Notes: generated by a model not told the origin, from the letters alone. DNA of 64,000 nt from an uncultured cyanobacterium (GCA_963710605.1 CAVQBA010000006.1:544001-608000), one strand, 5' to 3'; positions 33,439-44,618 are shown, counted from the first letter of the stretch. Numbers and translations: made by a program.

Positions 33439-33467
33439 GTAGGGACGTTGCAGTGCAACGTCCCTAC
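33439..33467. repeat. GTAG-family REP palindrome (related units near 8772, 13694, 29936, 31314, 31571, 35600, 37260, 46380 and 46518)
   Basis: GTAGGGACGTTGCAGTGCAACGTCCCTAC perfect hairpin. Confidence 0.85.
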
Positions 33468-33526
33468 AAATGATTGCTTAAATTGAGTTCGATCTACATT
33501 AATTCTCAATTCTCAATTCTCAATTC

Positions 33527-34966
33527 TTATCCTACACTACCTTCTAATTTGAGACTTAAAAGTTTATCAGCTTCGGCGGCGAATTCCATTGGTAATTCAT
33601 TAAGAACATCTTTACAAAAACCACTTACTAACATTGAGATAGCATCTTCTTCAGCGATACCTCTTTGAGCAAAATAAAATAATTGATCTTCACCTATTTT
33701 AGAAGTAGAAGCTTCATGCTCTAATTTAGCATTGTTGTTATCTACTTGAATATAAGGAAAAGTATTCGCCTCGGCAGTATCACCTATCAACATCGAATCA
33801 CATTGAGAGTAATTTCTTGCACCTTTGGCTTTGTTACCCATTTTGACTAAACCACGGTAACTATTTTTCGATTTACCAGCAGAGATACCTTTAGAAATAA
33901 TTGTGCTACGGGTATTTTTACCAATATGCACCATTTTTGTTCCTGTATCTGCTTGTTGCATATTATTAGTTAAAGCGATCGAATAAAATTCACCGACGGA
34001 ATTATCACCAACTAAAACACAACTAGGATATTTCCAAGTAATTGCACTTCCAGTTTCTACTTGTGTCCAAGAAATTTTGGAGTTAACACCTTTACATAAA
34101 CCACGTTTAGTAACGAAGTTGTAAATACCACCTTTACCATTTTCATCTCCTGCATACCAGTTTTGGACAGTAGAATATTTGATATCAGCATTATCCAAAG
34201 CAACTAGTTCGACAACCGCCGCGTGTAATTGATTGCTATCGTACATAGGTGCGGTGCAACCTTCAAGATAACTAACAGATGCACCTTCCTCAGCGACAAT
34301 CAAAGTACGCTCAAATTGTCCTGTATCACCATTATTAATCCGGAAATAAGTCGATAATTCCATGGGGCATTTAACACCTTTAGGAATAAAGACAAATGAG
34401 CCATCACTAAACACAGCCGCATTCAAAGCCGCAAAAAAGTTATCAGCAGTAGATACAACAGTGCCTAAATATTTTTGAATTAAATCTGGATGTTCTTGTA
34501 ATGCTTCAGAGATAGAGCAGAAAATAACACCTTCTTCAGCTAATTGTTTTTTAAAGGTAGTAGCCACAGAAACACTATCAAAAATAGCATCTACGGCAAC
34601 GTTACTTAATCTTTTTTGTTCGGATAAAGGAATACCTAATTTTTCAAAAGTATCGAGTAAAGTAGGATCAACTTCATCCAAACTTTCTAATTTTTTCTTT
34701 TCTTGTTTGGGTGCAGAGTAGTAAATAATATCTTGATAATCAATTTGAGGATAACCAACATGAGCCCATTCAGGTTCGGTCATTTTTAACCATTGCTGAT
34801 AGGCTTTGAGGCGAAACTCAAGCATAAATTCGGGTTCTTTTTTCTTCGCTGATATTAATCTAATTACGTCTTCGCTTAAGCCTTTGGCAATTGTATCGGA
34901 TTCAATATCGGTGACAAATCCGTATTTATAAGGCTGATTAACGAGAGTCTTTACACTACTACTCAT
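33527..34966 (-). CDS. sufB: Fe-S cluster assembly protein SufB
   Basis: YKYGF, FSDGSF, GQFERTL, EGCTAP, TWKYPSC, EHEASTS. Confidence 0.97.
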   Translation of the reverse strand: MSSSVKTLVNQPYKYGFVTDIESDTIAKGLSEDVIRLISAKKKEPEFMLEFRLKAYQQWLKMTEPEWAHVGYPQIDYQDIIYYSAPKQEKKKLESLDEVDPTLLDTFEKLGIPLSEQKRLSNVAVDAIFDSVSVATTFKKQLAEEGVIFCSISEALQEHPDLIQKYLGTVVSTADNFFAALNAAVFSDGSFVFIPKGVKCPMELSTYFRINNGDTGQFERTLIVAEEGASVSYLEGCTAPMYDSNQLHAAVVELVALDNADIKYSTVQNWYAGDENGKGGIYNFVTKRGLCKGVNSKISWTQVETGSAITWKYPSCVLVGDNSVGEFYSIALTNNMQQADTGTKMVHIGKNTRSTIISKGISAGKSKNSYRGLVKMGNKAKGARNYSQCDSMLIGDTAEANTFPYIQVDNNNAKLEHEASTSKIGEDQLFYFAQRGIAEEDAISMLVSGFCKDVLNELPMEFAAEADKLLSLKLEGSVG

Positions 34967-35009
34967 ATTAAGTTAACTATAGTATTTATTTCATATCTAT
35001 TTAGTTTAA

Positions 35010-35023
35010 CAACATTTTTGTTG
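35010..35023. promoter_or_regulatory. SufR operator (CAAC-N6-GTTG)
   Basis: CAACATTTTTGTTG about 45 bp upstream of sufB matches the known cyanobacterial SufR inverted repeat. Confidence 0.75.
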
Positions 35024-35213
35024 CTAAAGTCTATTGTAAGATATAACGATCTTTTTGTGGGGAAGAATAACTAGAGAATTGATATGAATCCCTTATCGAA
35101 GCACGTCTTCGGTGAGAATTAAGAATTGAGTCGGGATGAAGAGTGAAAGATAAAGAACAAGAAATCTTTTTCATTATACTTGTTCAGTATTATTATCTGT
35201 TCACTATTCACCG

Positions 35214-35426
35214 TTATTGTACATCCCACCAACCAAAAGCAGGACCGATAAAACGAATAGCAATCCAACCGAAAGCTAAGGCGGCGATACCTGCCCAAGC
35301 ACCACGGGTAGTTAATTCATAAGCCTTTTTGGCTTGAGTTTTACTTAACGGTAACCAAGAATAAAGACGCTCTTCTTTACCGTAGTCATCGCCTAATACT
35401 TCTTTTCTACGTTTTGCTTCTCCCAT
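35214..35426 (-). CDS. DUF2839-family protein
   Basis: MGEAKRRK...RFIGPAFGWW. Confidence 0.85.
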   Translation of the reverse strand: MGEAKRRKEVLGDDYGKEERLYSWLPLSKTQAKKAYELTTRGAWAGIAALAFGWIAIRFIGPAFGWWDVQ

Positions 35427-35628
35427 GTTCTTGTTATCTTCCTAAATCTTGATGATGTGTATGTATAATTTATTTTATTGTAGGTGAAATTTTGACCTAA
35501 TTATGACGATCGTTTGTCTGGATACATAATCTGTAATATCTGTTGTTTTATGTTTGAACAAATAGTTAGTAATTAGATTCCAATTAGAAATTATATATAA
35601 GGTGGGGAATACCCACCCTAAAACAAGA

Positions 35629-37104
35629 TTAACTATTCATTATCCAATTGACTAAAGTACGAACACCAAAACCTGTACCGCCTTCGTTGTTGATTGCACT
35701 AGGTTTATCTGCCCAAACAGCACCTGCTATATCTAAGTGAGCCCAAGGAGTTTTTTCGACAAATTGCTCTAAAAATAAAGCGGCAGTAATCGAACCACCT
35801 GCACGGCTACCTGTGTTTTTCATGTCCGCAATTTTAGATTTCATCACTTCAAAATAATTACTTTCCATCGGCATTTGCCAAAGTTTTTCCCCTGCACTTT
35901 CAGTTGAATTTAATAATTCGGTAGCCAAATTTTTGTCAGATGTCCATAAGCCAGCAATATTGTTACCTAAAGCTACAACACAAGCACCTGTCAAAGTAGC
36001 TAAATCAACCATCGCATCTACTTCTAATTTATCTGTATAAACTAAAGCATCAGCTAGAGTTAAACGCCCTTCTGCGTCGGTATTATTAACTTCGATCGTT
36101 TTACCATTAGAAGCAGTTAAAATATCACCAGGGTGCATTGCTTTACCGCTAATCATGTTTTCAGTTACCGCACTAATAAAGTGGACTTCAACATCGGGTT
36201 TTAGTTGAGCAATAGCTTTAGCAGTACCAAAGGTTGCCGCCGCACCACCCATATCCATTTTCATGGTTTCGATACCACTACCACCTGTTTTTAAATTCAA
36301 ACCACCTGAGTCGAAGGTTAAACCTTTACCAATAATTGCTAATTTACGTTTAGCTGTACCTTTTGGTTTATAGATTAAATGTAAAAATTGTGGCGGAATT
36401 TCGGAGGCTTGAGCAACACCTAAAAATGAACCCATTCCTAATTCTTCACATTCTGCTTGAGCTAATACTTTTAATTCTAAACCGTAATCATCAGCCATTT
36501 CCTTAACTAGTTTTGTCATGGCGATTGGATTGATATCATTAGCTGGTGAGTTGACTAATTCTCTGGCTAAGATTACTCCTGAAGCGATTTTTTCAGCTTT
36601 GCTAATTGCTTTATCATTAGCAGGTAATTCTAATAATTCAATCGTTTCTAGTTTGTTAGAATCATCGGCTTTAGATTTGAAACGATTATCTTTATGTAAA
36701 GCCAAAAGAATTCCTTCACAAATAACTTGAGCTAGAATATCACTTTCATAATTATCATTATTGAGCGCAATAGCTAAAGTTTTGACATTTGCAGTTGTTG
36801 CACTTCTGGCAATTTTACCTCCTGCTTGACGAAAACTATCTAAATTTAAGTCTTCTGCTTTTCCTAAACCGACTAAAATTATTTTACGAATAGGGTTTTT
36901 TCCGCCTATACGAGCAGTTGCGGTTGTACCTTGCTTTCCTTTAAATTCTGTTTCGCTAATTAATTCGGTAATGGTGCCGTCTAGTTGTTGATTTAACTTT
37001 TCTAATTCTCCTGTTAATTTAATCTCTTCATCAGCGGTAAAAGCGATCGCTAAAGCATCACCACTCCAATCTAATTTACTGCTATTACTGATTTTTATTT
37101 CCAT
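35629..37104 (-). CDS. pepA: Leucyl aminopeptidase (M17)
   Basis: [33 protein letters not shown]. Confidence 0.96.
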   Translation of the reverse strand: MEIKISNSSKLDWSGDALAIAFTADEEIKLTGELEKLNQQLDGTITELISETEFKGKQGTTATARIGGKNPIRKIILVGLGKAEDLNLDSFRQAGGKIARSATTANVKTLAIALNNDNYESDILAQVICEGILLALHKDNRFKSKADDSNKLETIELLELPANDKAISKAEKIASGVILARELVNSPANDINPIAMTKLVKEMADDYGLELKVLAQAECEELGMGSFLGVAQASEIPPQFLHLIYKPKGTAKRKLAIIGKGLTFDSGGLNLKTGGSGIETMKMDMGGAAATFGTAKAIAQLKPDVEVHFISAVTENMISGKAMHPGDILTASNGKTIEVNNTDAEGRLTLADALVYTDKLEVDAMVDLATLTGACVVALGNNIAGLWTSDKNLATELLNSTESAGEKLWQMPMESNYFEVMKSKIADMKNTGSRAGGSITAALFLEQFVEKTPWAHLDIAGAVWADKPSAINNEGGTGFGVRTLVNWIMNS

Positions 37105-37345
37105 ATGCTCAAATATGCCTATCTATAATTACGATTTTCTGATGTTTACTCGTTATTTTATTATAGAATTTTTGCGTATGTTACAAAATATATCGATCGT
37201 ATTAATTAATATATTGCTCGTCAAAAATATTTTTGAGTATTTTAACTACTAACTTTGAAGGTGGGCATTGATTACCCACCCGACTATATCTCAATTTTCC
37301 TATTTTTTAAGTCGGAAAATGAGAAAAAAGTAAAGTAATAATTAA

Positions 37346-38332
37346 TTATCTACTTCGTCTTTTATATCTTGTATTTCCTTGGTTTGATAACAACCTTGAT
37401 ATTTTATTACGATAATAAATTTCGTTTGTGCCATCACCTTTGTAACCATTAGCTTGATTAACCTGTCTTTGTAAAGCTACAACTCTTTCCTCAGAATTAG
37501 GGTGAGTACTAAACAAACTAGGTTGATTTGAGCCTCCTTGCCCTAATTTACGCATAAAATCAACCATTGGTTGGGGTGCGTAACCTGCGGCTTTCAACAT
37601 CGCTAAACCTAAGTTGTCTGCTTCGTATTCATCACTTCTACTATGGGGTAAATCTGAAGCTAAGGTAACTCCTAGCTGTACTACTTGCGATCGTTCTAAT
37701 CCTGCTACGCTTAGTAATCCTTGAGTGACTGCTTGTTGACGCATTTGCTCTTGAGAATGTCTGCCGACTACATGACCAATTTCGTGGGCAACAACACTAG
37801 CTAATTCGGCTTCATTAGAGGCTGTTGTTAATAAACCTGTGTGGAGATAGATAAAACCCCCCATGGTAGCGAAGGCATTAACTTGAGGATTATCGACTAT
37901 TTCAAAACGATATGGTATATCTTGTCTGTCACTGACGGCTACTAATCTACGTCCAATATCATTAACATAACGATCAAGATTTTCGTCTCGATATAATTTT
38001 ACTTTACCTTGAGAAACTAATTGCTGACGAATTTGGCTACCTATTTGTACTTCTTGACAATCGCTCATCGTATTAATCTGTATCAACTGAATACCACGAA
38101 AAATTAATTCTTGCCAAGAAATTGCTTGACTCATGGAGATGTTGCCAAACAAAATACTAATTGAGACACCTAAAGCGAAAAATAAAGAGAGTAAAGGATG
38201 TTTAGATTTAAGCACTGTTCTTAAATTGTTATTTCTTTTAATAAAACTACTATTTAAATGATAAATTAGTTTTAGTGACGCTTGAAAATACCAGTTGTTC
38301 CAAAAACTACTCAATCTATCTTTTTTAATCAA
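37346..38332 (-). CDS. M48-family metallopeptidase (true start probably downstream of 38332)
   Basis: NAFATMGG, HEIGH, EYEAD, STHP. Confidence 0.9.
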   Translation of the reverse strand: MIKKDRLSSFWNNWYFQASLKLIYHLNSSFIKRNNNLRTVLKSKHPLLSLFFALGVSISILFGNISMSQAISWQELIFRGIQLIQINTMSDCQEVQIGSQIRQQLVSQGKVKLYRDENLDRYVNDIGRRLVAVSDRQDIPYRFEIVDNPQVNAFATMGGFIYLHTGLLTTASNEAELASVVAHEIGHVVGRHSQEQMRQQAVTQGLLSVAGLERSQVVQLGVTLASDLPHSRSDEYEADNLGLAMLKAAGYAPQPMVDFMRKLGQGGSNQPSLFSTHPNSEERVVALQRQVNQANGYKGDGTNEIYYRNKISRLLSNQGNTRYKRRSR

Positions 38333-38499
38333 TAGTGATAATCTACTTAATAATTATAATCTACTAAATAATTTATTCTGTTTAAAATATGTTTTACTTT
38401 TAATTAATTCTCAATATTTATTGAAGTCCAAAAAAAGATAAATTAACTATTAATAATATTATTATCTAATTAAATTTAGTTTCAACCCCCAAAAAAATT

Positions 38500-38955
38500 A
38501 TGACAACTTTTTTCGCATTTGAGCAAGATTTTGTGGATTCTTTACGTTGTATCCCTATGATAGTTAGATATAAGCTAGATACTTGTGGAGTTAAATTAAA
38601 ACTTAATCATTGGTTTGCTTTTGATCAAACACAAAAAGAATTATTAGTTAATAATCCTTGTCAAACACCAACTCAAATAGAAGAATATAGAAATAATTTA
38701 CAACAGTTAATTCATAATCAAACGGGCGAATATGCTAAAAGATTAACGATCGATTCTCACCCTTCATGGTTAAATAAACAACACATACCTGAGAGCGTAC
38801 AACAAAAAAGTCAAGAATTAAATCGACAATTAACATCAACGCAATGGCAAAACCTCGATGATTTACAAAGATTTGCACTAATTAAATTAAGCCGCTCTAA
38901 TCACGAAAATAAAAACTTTTTACCCGCATTAAAAGAGTTTAATTTAACCGATTAA
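38500..38955 (+). CDS. narM: Nitrate reductase-associated protein (NarM-like)
   Basis: FEQDFVDSLRCIPMIVRYKLDTCGVKLKL...QRFALIKLSR. Confidence 0.8.
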   Translation: MTTFFAFEQDFVDSLRCIPMIVRYKLDTCGVKLKLNHWFAFDQTQKELLVNNPCQTPTQIEEYRNNLQQLIHNQTGEYAKRLTIDSHPSWLNKQHIPESVQQKSQELNRQLTSTQWQNLDDLQRFALIKLSRSNHENKNFLPALKEFNLTD

Positions 38956-39042
38956 AAAATAGTAACTATGATTAATAGAATGAATTAGAAATTCTGAATT
39001 CGTTCGGTAGGAAAATAAAGACGAATTAGAAATAAAGAATAG

Positions 39043-40431
39043 TTGACACTCCTCTACCTGAAGGTAAGAGGATTCTTGGTTCATTGAGTCGTCTTACCTT
39101 GACAGGTGTTTCCACCAACCAAAATAGAGGACAATTCTCCCCAAGCGTTTAAATCTAAATTTTCAGATTTACTTCCCCAATGCCCTTGGGTAGCTTTTTT
39201 TAAAATATTCAATGATGCGTTGGTGTCCCGATCAGCTATATAACCACAACTACACAGGTGAGTTCTAGTAGATAGACTTTTCTTGACTCGTTGACCACAG
39301 TTGAAACAATCCTGTGAGGTATAAGCTGGATTAACAGCTATGGTTAGCTTTCGATATTTCAGACCAAAATACTCCAACCATTTGCGAAACTGACTCCAAC
39401 TGGCATCATTAATACTTTTAGATAACTTTTTATTTCTAACTAGATTTTTGACTCTTAAATCTTCGTAGGCTATCAAGTCGTTTGACTGAACTAAACGCAG
39501 TGCGGTTTTCTTCCCGAACTCCTCACGTTGCCTACTTACTTTTAAATGTGCTTTACTATAACGTTTTCTAGCTTTTAAATAGTTGTTACTAACTGGTTTC
39601 CCTTTTTTTAATTTTCTTGACTTCCATCGGTTAAGTTTATTTAATCTTGGTTCGGTTTTGCGATAAAATTTAGGGTTTTGAACAAAATTACCATTGCTAT
39701 CTGCATAAAAATATCGTATCCCCATATCTAACCCAATCATTTTCTTTGTTTGAGGTAGTTCTGGGGTTATATCTCTTACGTCTAGCTTCAAGCAAAACTG
39801 AGAATAATAGCCGTCGCTTCTCCTAACAATACGGACTCTTTGTATTTGGAATTCTTGGAAATAAAATAAATCTCTCGAACCAATTAACTTTAGAGTACCG
39901 ATATTGTTACCGTCTGTGAAGGTTATTCTTTTGTTGTCTCTATCTAACTTCCATCCTGACTTTTTCAACTCGATACTTCGTGTTCGCTTAGAAAACTGAG
40001 GATAACCCGCTTGGTGCGCGTTCCCTTGCGCCTGTCGGCGGCGCGGGATCGCATCCGCTTTCTTCCCTTTTATGTCTTTTTTACAATTATCATAAAATTT
40101 GGCAATTGCCGACCATGCTCTTTCTCCAGCTTGTTGACACGCTGTTGAATTTAATTGTTTGACAAAAGAAAACTCTTTTCTCAAATCTGTAGTATGACGA
40201 TAAATATCTTTTTTGCCTACTCCTCTTAAGTCCATCCATAAACGAATACATTTATTACGCACGAACTTTACGGTACGAATACCTTCGTCGATTGCTTTAA
40301 ATTGTTCTGGCTTTCCTTTTAATTTGTATTCTAATAAAAACATTTTACGCTTTTAACTACCGCATAAAACATTTTACCATACAATTAGAAAAGTCGTCTT
40401 GAAAGACGAGGCTTTATACCCAAAAGTTTTG
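39043..40431 (-). mobile_element. IS200/IS605-family element carrying tnpB only (IS1341-like) with IS608-type ends
   Basis: Left end TTAC|C...AAAG plus hairpin TCGTCTTTCAAGACGA; right end GAAT-CCTCT..AGAGG-AGTGTCAA. Confidence 0.88.
39081..40343 (-). CDS. tnpB: RNA-guided endonuclease TnpB
   Basis: RuvC residues GLDMG, YEDL, DRDTNA; zinc finger CFNC..CSC. Confidence 0.93.
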   Translation of the reverse strand: MFLLEYKLKGKPEQFKAIDEGIRTVKFVRNKCIRLWMDLRGVGKKDIYRHTTDLRKEFSFVKQLNSTACQQAGERAWSAIAKFYDNCKKDIKGKKADAIPRRRQAQGNAHQAGYPQFSKRTRSIELKKSGWKLDRDNKRITFTDGNNIGTLKLIGSRDLFYFQEFQIQRVRIVRRSDGYYSQFCLKLDVRDITPELPQTKKMIGLDMGIRYFYADSNGNFVQNPKFYRKTEPRLNKLNRWKSRKLKKGKPVSNNYLKARKRYSKAHLKVSRQREEFGKKTALRLVQSNDLIAYEDLRVKNLVRNKKLSKSINDASWSQFRKWLEYFGLKYRKLTIAVNPAYTSQDCFNCGQRVKKSLSTRTHLCSCGYIADRDTNASLNILKKATQGHWGSKSENLDLNAWGELSSILVGGNTCQGKTTQ

Positions 40432-40462
40432 GTAATAAATTAGGATTAATTATTAATTACTT

Positions 40463-40546
40463 TTTACTCTTTACTCCTTACTCCTTACTCCTTACTCCTT
40501 ACTCCTTACTCCTTACTCCTTACTCCTTACTCCTTACTCTTTACTC
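40463..40546. repeat. Heptamer tandem repeat (TTACTCC/TTACTCT), about 12 copies
   Basis: Read directly. Confidence 0.92.
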
Positions 40547-40548
40547 AT

Positions 40549-40803
40549 CTAAAGTTTTGCCCTCAGCATAAATTGATAATCTCCTCCTGCTTCTAATTCG
40601 TAATCGTATTTTTCTAAAAAACGACTCAAAGGCTCTTGGATTAAACTACGTCCAAGAGTAGGCTTGACTTGTAACTTACCCTGAGGAAAATACCAGTGAA
40701 AAAACCATTGATATTTACCTGCATTTACTTCACCGATTATTTCTCTTTTATACCAACATTGATTGGTTATTTTAACTTCGACAACAGTTCCTGAAAATGA
40801 CAT
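40549..40803 (-). CDS. DUF3146-family protein
   Basis: GEVNAGKYQWFFHWYF...PTLGRSLIQEPL.RFLE..DYELE.GGDY. Confidence 0.8.
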   Translation of the reverse strand: MSFSGTVVEVKITNQCWYKREIIGEVNAGKYQWFFHWYFPQGKLQVKPTLGRSLIQEPLSRFLEKYDYELEAGGDYQFMLRAKL

Positions 40804-41026
40804 TGTTCAGATAAAATTTTAGTTATGGTTATTAATTATAAGTTATTTATTAATCAAGGAAAAAACAATTATACCAATTAATTAGTCTTTCGTATTGAGA
40901 CGATCGTTATACAAGATTAGATCGTGGCACTAATGATAACTTTAACATTAATTCCTACTATCGGTAACTCCTAATCTCAACAAAAATATTTTATTGTCAC
41001 TTTCAATACTAAAAATAAAATTTAAG

Positions 41027-41818
41027 TTAAAAAGGAGAGAACAACTGGAAAATAAACGGTACAATAGAACTAACCGCTTGCACAAAACCCGGACTACCTT
41101 GATTGCCTTTACTATCTTTGTTGTTTTCGTAGTCTTCACGGGCTTCTACCATTTGAATAAAACGGGTAGATAATAGATAACCATCGGAGTTGTTTTGTGT
41201 TTCAAAAAGGTTTTGTGCTGTTTGAGCGTCGCTAACAGCATTTTCAACTTGTCCGTAACGAGATTTGATGATACCTCTGGCTAAATATGCCGGTGCAAGT
41301 TTTGGCTCTAATTCGATCGCTTGATTATAATATGTAAGAGCTTGTGTATAGTTACCTTCTTTGTCTTCTTGCATCGCCCAAAGATAAAATTGTTCCGCTG
41401 AAGCGATATTATTTGGCATACCGATAGCCCCCTCAACATAAGCTTTACTCAAATCAGTATTAGTAATGATGACATTAGAAAGATAACTATTTCTTAAATC
41501 AGTATTGTTAAAAATTGCACCAGTCAAGTTTGCACCGGTTAAGTTTGCCCCGAAAAGCGATGTATTAGTTAAATTTGCCCCTGATAAATCTGCCCCTGTC
41601 AAATCCGCTCGACTCAAATTCGCACCTACAAGATTAGCACCTCGTAAATTCGCACTTTTTAAATTTATCATCACCAAACCTGCGTGACTTAAATCACAAT
41701 TTTCACAGTCTTTGGTTTGTAATACTTGATTCAAATGCTCAATATTTTCAGCTTTAGTGTAGCTAGGAAAGACTAAACTTAAAGACAATGACAAGCCGAT
41801 AAATGCTAATTTTTTCAT
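41027..41818 (-). CDS. Exported pentapeptide-repeat/TPR protein
   Basis: Signal peptide, CENC, ANL repeats, TPR YYNQAIELEP. Confidence 0.88.
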   Translation of the reverse strand: MKKLAFIGLSLSLSLVFPSYTKAENIEHLNQVLQTKDCENCDLSHAGLVMINLKSANLRGANLVGANLSRADLTGADLSGANLTNTSLFGANLTGANLTGAIFNNTDLRNSYLSNVIITNTDLSKAYVEGAIGMPNNIASAEQFYLWAMQEDKEGNYTQALTYYNQAIELEPKLAPAYLARGIIKSRYGQVENAVSDAQTAQNLFETQNNSDGYLLSTRFIQMVEAREDYENNKDSKGNQGSPGFVQAVSSIVPFIFQLFSPF

Positions 41819-42184
41819 AATATTAAATTTAAATTTAAAAATGAACGATCGAATTAGAAATCTTCAACAATTATGAATCAGACTTACTTTTTGTATAATA
41901 CTTTAATTTATAAAATAATGATCCTGAATCAATAAATCAACAGTACTACGTACGATCGTTATATCTGAAGAATAAAGAAAAAAATAAATCGTTCAATTTC
42001 AATTCTCAAGTTTCAATTCACGACTAAAAGCAATAACCTACCTGAATTTACTGGCAAAGTAAGTCGTATTCACTATCAGCACAAATGACATTATTATAAG
42101 TAAAGGTAATGTCTTTGACAAAAATAACTGTCCAAAAAGTGTAGTAATAATATGCTAAAGTAATCCTAAATTACAAAACAACAT

Positions 42185-42493
42185 ATGTCAATCGCAGTAG
42201 GAATGATCGAAACTCTGGGTTTCCCCGCAGTTGTGGAAGCCGCAGATGCAATGGTAAAAGCTGCACGAGTAACTTTAGTCGGTTACGAAAAAATAGGTAG
42301 TGGTCGTGTTACTGTTATCGTCAGAGGTAATGTCTCTGAGGTACAGGCTTCTGTCGCCGCTGGAATTGAAAATGCTCAACGAGTTAGTGGTGGACAAGTT
42401 TTATCTACTCATATTATTGCTCGTCCTCACGAAAACCTCGAATATGTTTTACCTATTCGTTATACCGAAGAAGTAGAACAATTCTTGAACTAA
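42185..42493 (+). CDS. ccmK: Carboxysome shell hexamer CcmK (K1/K2-type), stand-alone copy
   Basis: [40 protein letters not shown]...[12 protein letters not shown]. Confidence 0.95.
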   Translation: MSIAVGMIETLGFPAVVEAADAMVKAARVTLVGYEKIGSGRVTVIVRGNVSEVQASVAAGIENAQRVSGGQVLSTHIIARPHENLEYVLPIRYTEEVEQFLN

Positions 42494-42662
42494 AGCACGA
42501 GTATATAGAATCGTTTTAGTCATCTAAATATAGGTTGAGCTATCAAAACTTTGCTTAACCTTATATAAGTATTTAACACAAAACTCTTGCTCTACACAAA
42601 AGTATATTCACTCTTCAATTTACAGCGAAAGACAAATAAAAAGAATTGAGAATTAATCTTTA

Positions 42663-43229
42663 TTGCCACTCATGGTTAATTACAATCAAAAGAAGATTAG
42701 TAAAATAAAGACATCACCTGATCAGATTAAGTTAATTATATTAGGATTAATTAGTCTAATTTTAGTGTTCACTTTAAATAGTTGTAGCCAAATTGTCATC
42801 AATGAATATAATGTATTCGCTGTCACTACTCATACTTGGCGAGTTGAATATTTTATTAGTCGTAACGAAAAACAACCGAGAATCGAAGAATTTACTTCTA
42901 TCTCTTTAACAAATGTTAATGGCGAAAAACCAGAAGAAGCTTTTGGCGAAATAGATGACAAAGGATTGTGGTGGCCAAAAATTCCTCCTAAACCTAGTTT
43001 GGATGAAATTGAAGAATTAGAAGAAATAGGAGAACAACATTCTCGCCCTGAAATTTTACGAACAGTTAAGTATAGTATTATTTATGGACAAGGAGATAAC
43101 AAAACTACTTTACCAACTAACTATTCAGTTTACCGACAAGGAGTTAAAGCGATATCACAAGGGCAATCTTTAAAACTGACTTTAGGAATTAATGATCAAT
43201 CTGTAGAAAAAGCTGAGCCAACACCATAG
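42663..43229 (+). CDS. Hypothetical lipoprotein
   Basis: Hydrophobic segment ending in an LNSC lipobox-like motif. Confidence 0.7.
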   Translation: MPLMVNYNQKKISKIKTSPDQIKLIILGLISLILVFTLNSCSQIVINEYNVFAVTTHTWRVEYFISRNEKQPRIEEFTSISLTNVNGEKPEEAFGEIDDKGLWWPKIPPKPSLDEIEELEEIGEQHSRPEILRTVKYSIIYGQGDNKTTLPTNYSVYRQGVKAISQGQSLKLTLGINDQSVEKAEPTP

Positions 43230-43337
43230 CACTCATGTAAAGGTAACACTCTTAGATGATAGAGCTTTCTTTCTTATATCATGTTTTAATCAACTCGTTC
43301 TGTGGTATTAAAAAAATCAAACAAGCTAATGAAGACT

Positions 43338-43363
43338 CTCCGACTCAGGAATAAAAGTCGGAG
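43338..43363. terminator. Hairpin between convergent genes
   Basis: CTCCGACT-N10-AGTCGGAG. Confidence 0.45.
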
Positions 43364-43380
43364 TTGATTGAGTTATTTGA

Positions 43381-43950
43381 TCAAAGTCTTGATAATAACT
43401 CTTTTTTCTTAGCCTCAAATTCTTCTTGTGATAAGATACCTTGAGCTTTTAATTTACCTAACTTCTCTAAAGCTTGATAAACGTCTGCCGCATCATCTTC
43501 TTGTTCGTCTAAATCAGAGACGTAACTTTTACCTCTTTCATAAGCCTCTTGATAAGCTTGTTTAACACTCTCCATATTCATATCTAAATCTAATAATGCA
43601 CCGCCATTAGTGGAAAATAGATTAATAGCTACTTGCCCTACTGCATAAGTAGAAGCACCTGACATGACAGACATAGAAGCACCACCTAAAGCTGTACCTA
43701 TACCAGGGATTGCTTTGAGCATACTGGCACCGATACGGGCAATAGTTGTACCTGTAAGGGCAGAAACAAAGGTTTTTCCTATATTTTGAGTGTAGGTAAC
43801 TTGATAAAGAGTGGCTAATTGTTGTAACATTTCTAATTGAATTGCGGTAACCGCAGCAAAGTCAACCAGAGGAATGGGGATTAATCCTCCTCCCATTGCC
43901 CAAAGCACGTGTGAACGAATAATTTTTTCAGCTTCTAATTTTTTACTCAT
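43381..43950 (-). CDS. DUF697-family protein with C-terminal SHOCT domain
   Basis: GLIPIPLVD..QLEML; LEKLGKLKAQGILSQEEFEAKKKELL. Confidence 0.85.
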   Translation of the reverse strand: MSKKLEAEKIIRSHVLWAMGGGLIPIPLVDFAAVTAIQLEMLQQLATLYQVTYTQNIGKTFVSALTGTTIARIGASMLKAIPGIGTALGGASMSVMSGASTYAVGQVAINLFSTNGGALLDLDMNMESVKQAYQEAYERGKSYVSDLDEQEDDAADVYQALEKLGKLKAQGILSQEEFEAKKKELLSRL

Positions 43951-44069
43951 TATTTTATCTTTTTCACTTGTACAGAATACTTTTTTTAATTATATGTATC
44001 AAAAATAAACTTCATACTATATATTTGTTAAAAATCGTAAACGTTATTTTGGTGATAGTGAAGATTAGA

Positions 44070-44270
44070 TATAGCAATTATTAGTATTATGAATTACATA
44101 TCGATCCCCCTAAATCCCCATCCCACTTGCCACGGGGCTTACAAGCACCTGAAATCAATTCAGGTGACAGCCCCTCCCCTTCGTAAGGGGGAAATTTAAA
44201 GATGCTTCGCTTTTGTTTCTGGGGGACTTACAAATACAAACTGTACCTCATAAAGATGGGAAACGCTATA
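44070..44270. mobile_element. TATA-flanked MITE, family B (other copies 46913-47021 and half-copy 27971-28031)
   Basis: Ends TATAGCAATTATTAGTATTATGAATTACA / TGTACCTCATAAAGATGGGAAACGCTATA; internal CCCCCTAAATCCCC repeat. Confidence 0.65.
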
Positions 44271-44618
44271 TAAATAATCAAGAAATTTTAATAGTGATTA
44301 GTTATCCTCTTAAAAATATGTATTGATAAATTCATTCGCTTTTCATCACTGATAGTTGATAACGGATAAGTAGCTTAAACTAATAAAAAAAAATTTGTAG
44401 TTACCCCCAATAAAGGTTCAAAACGTTTTTAAGATAATGGCACTTGCCATCACTACAAACAAATACTATTTATCGTTTGATTAAGTGAAGTTGCTTAGCT
44501 AATAGCTTATAACTAAATTTAAAAATAACGAATTATCAACAACAACTTAAATAGTCATTAAAAGCTGACTATAATAAATAATTAGAATCATTTGCTCATT
44601 AGTGAAGTTTAATCTTTA

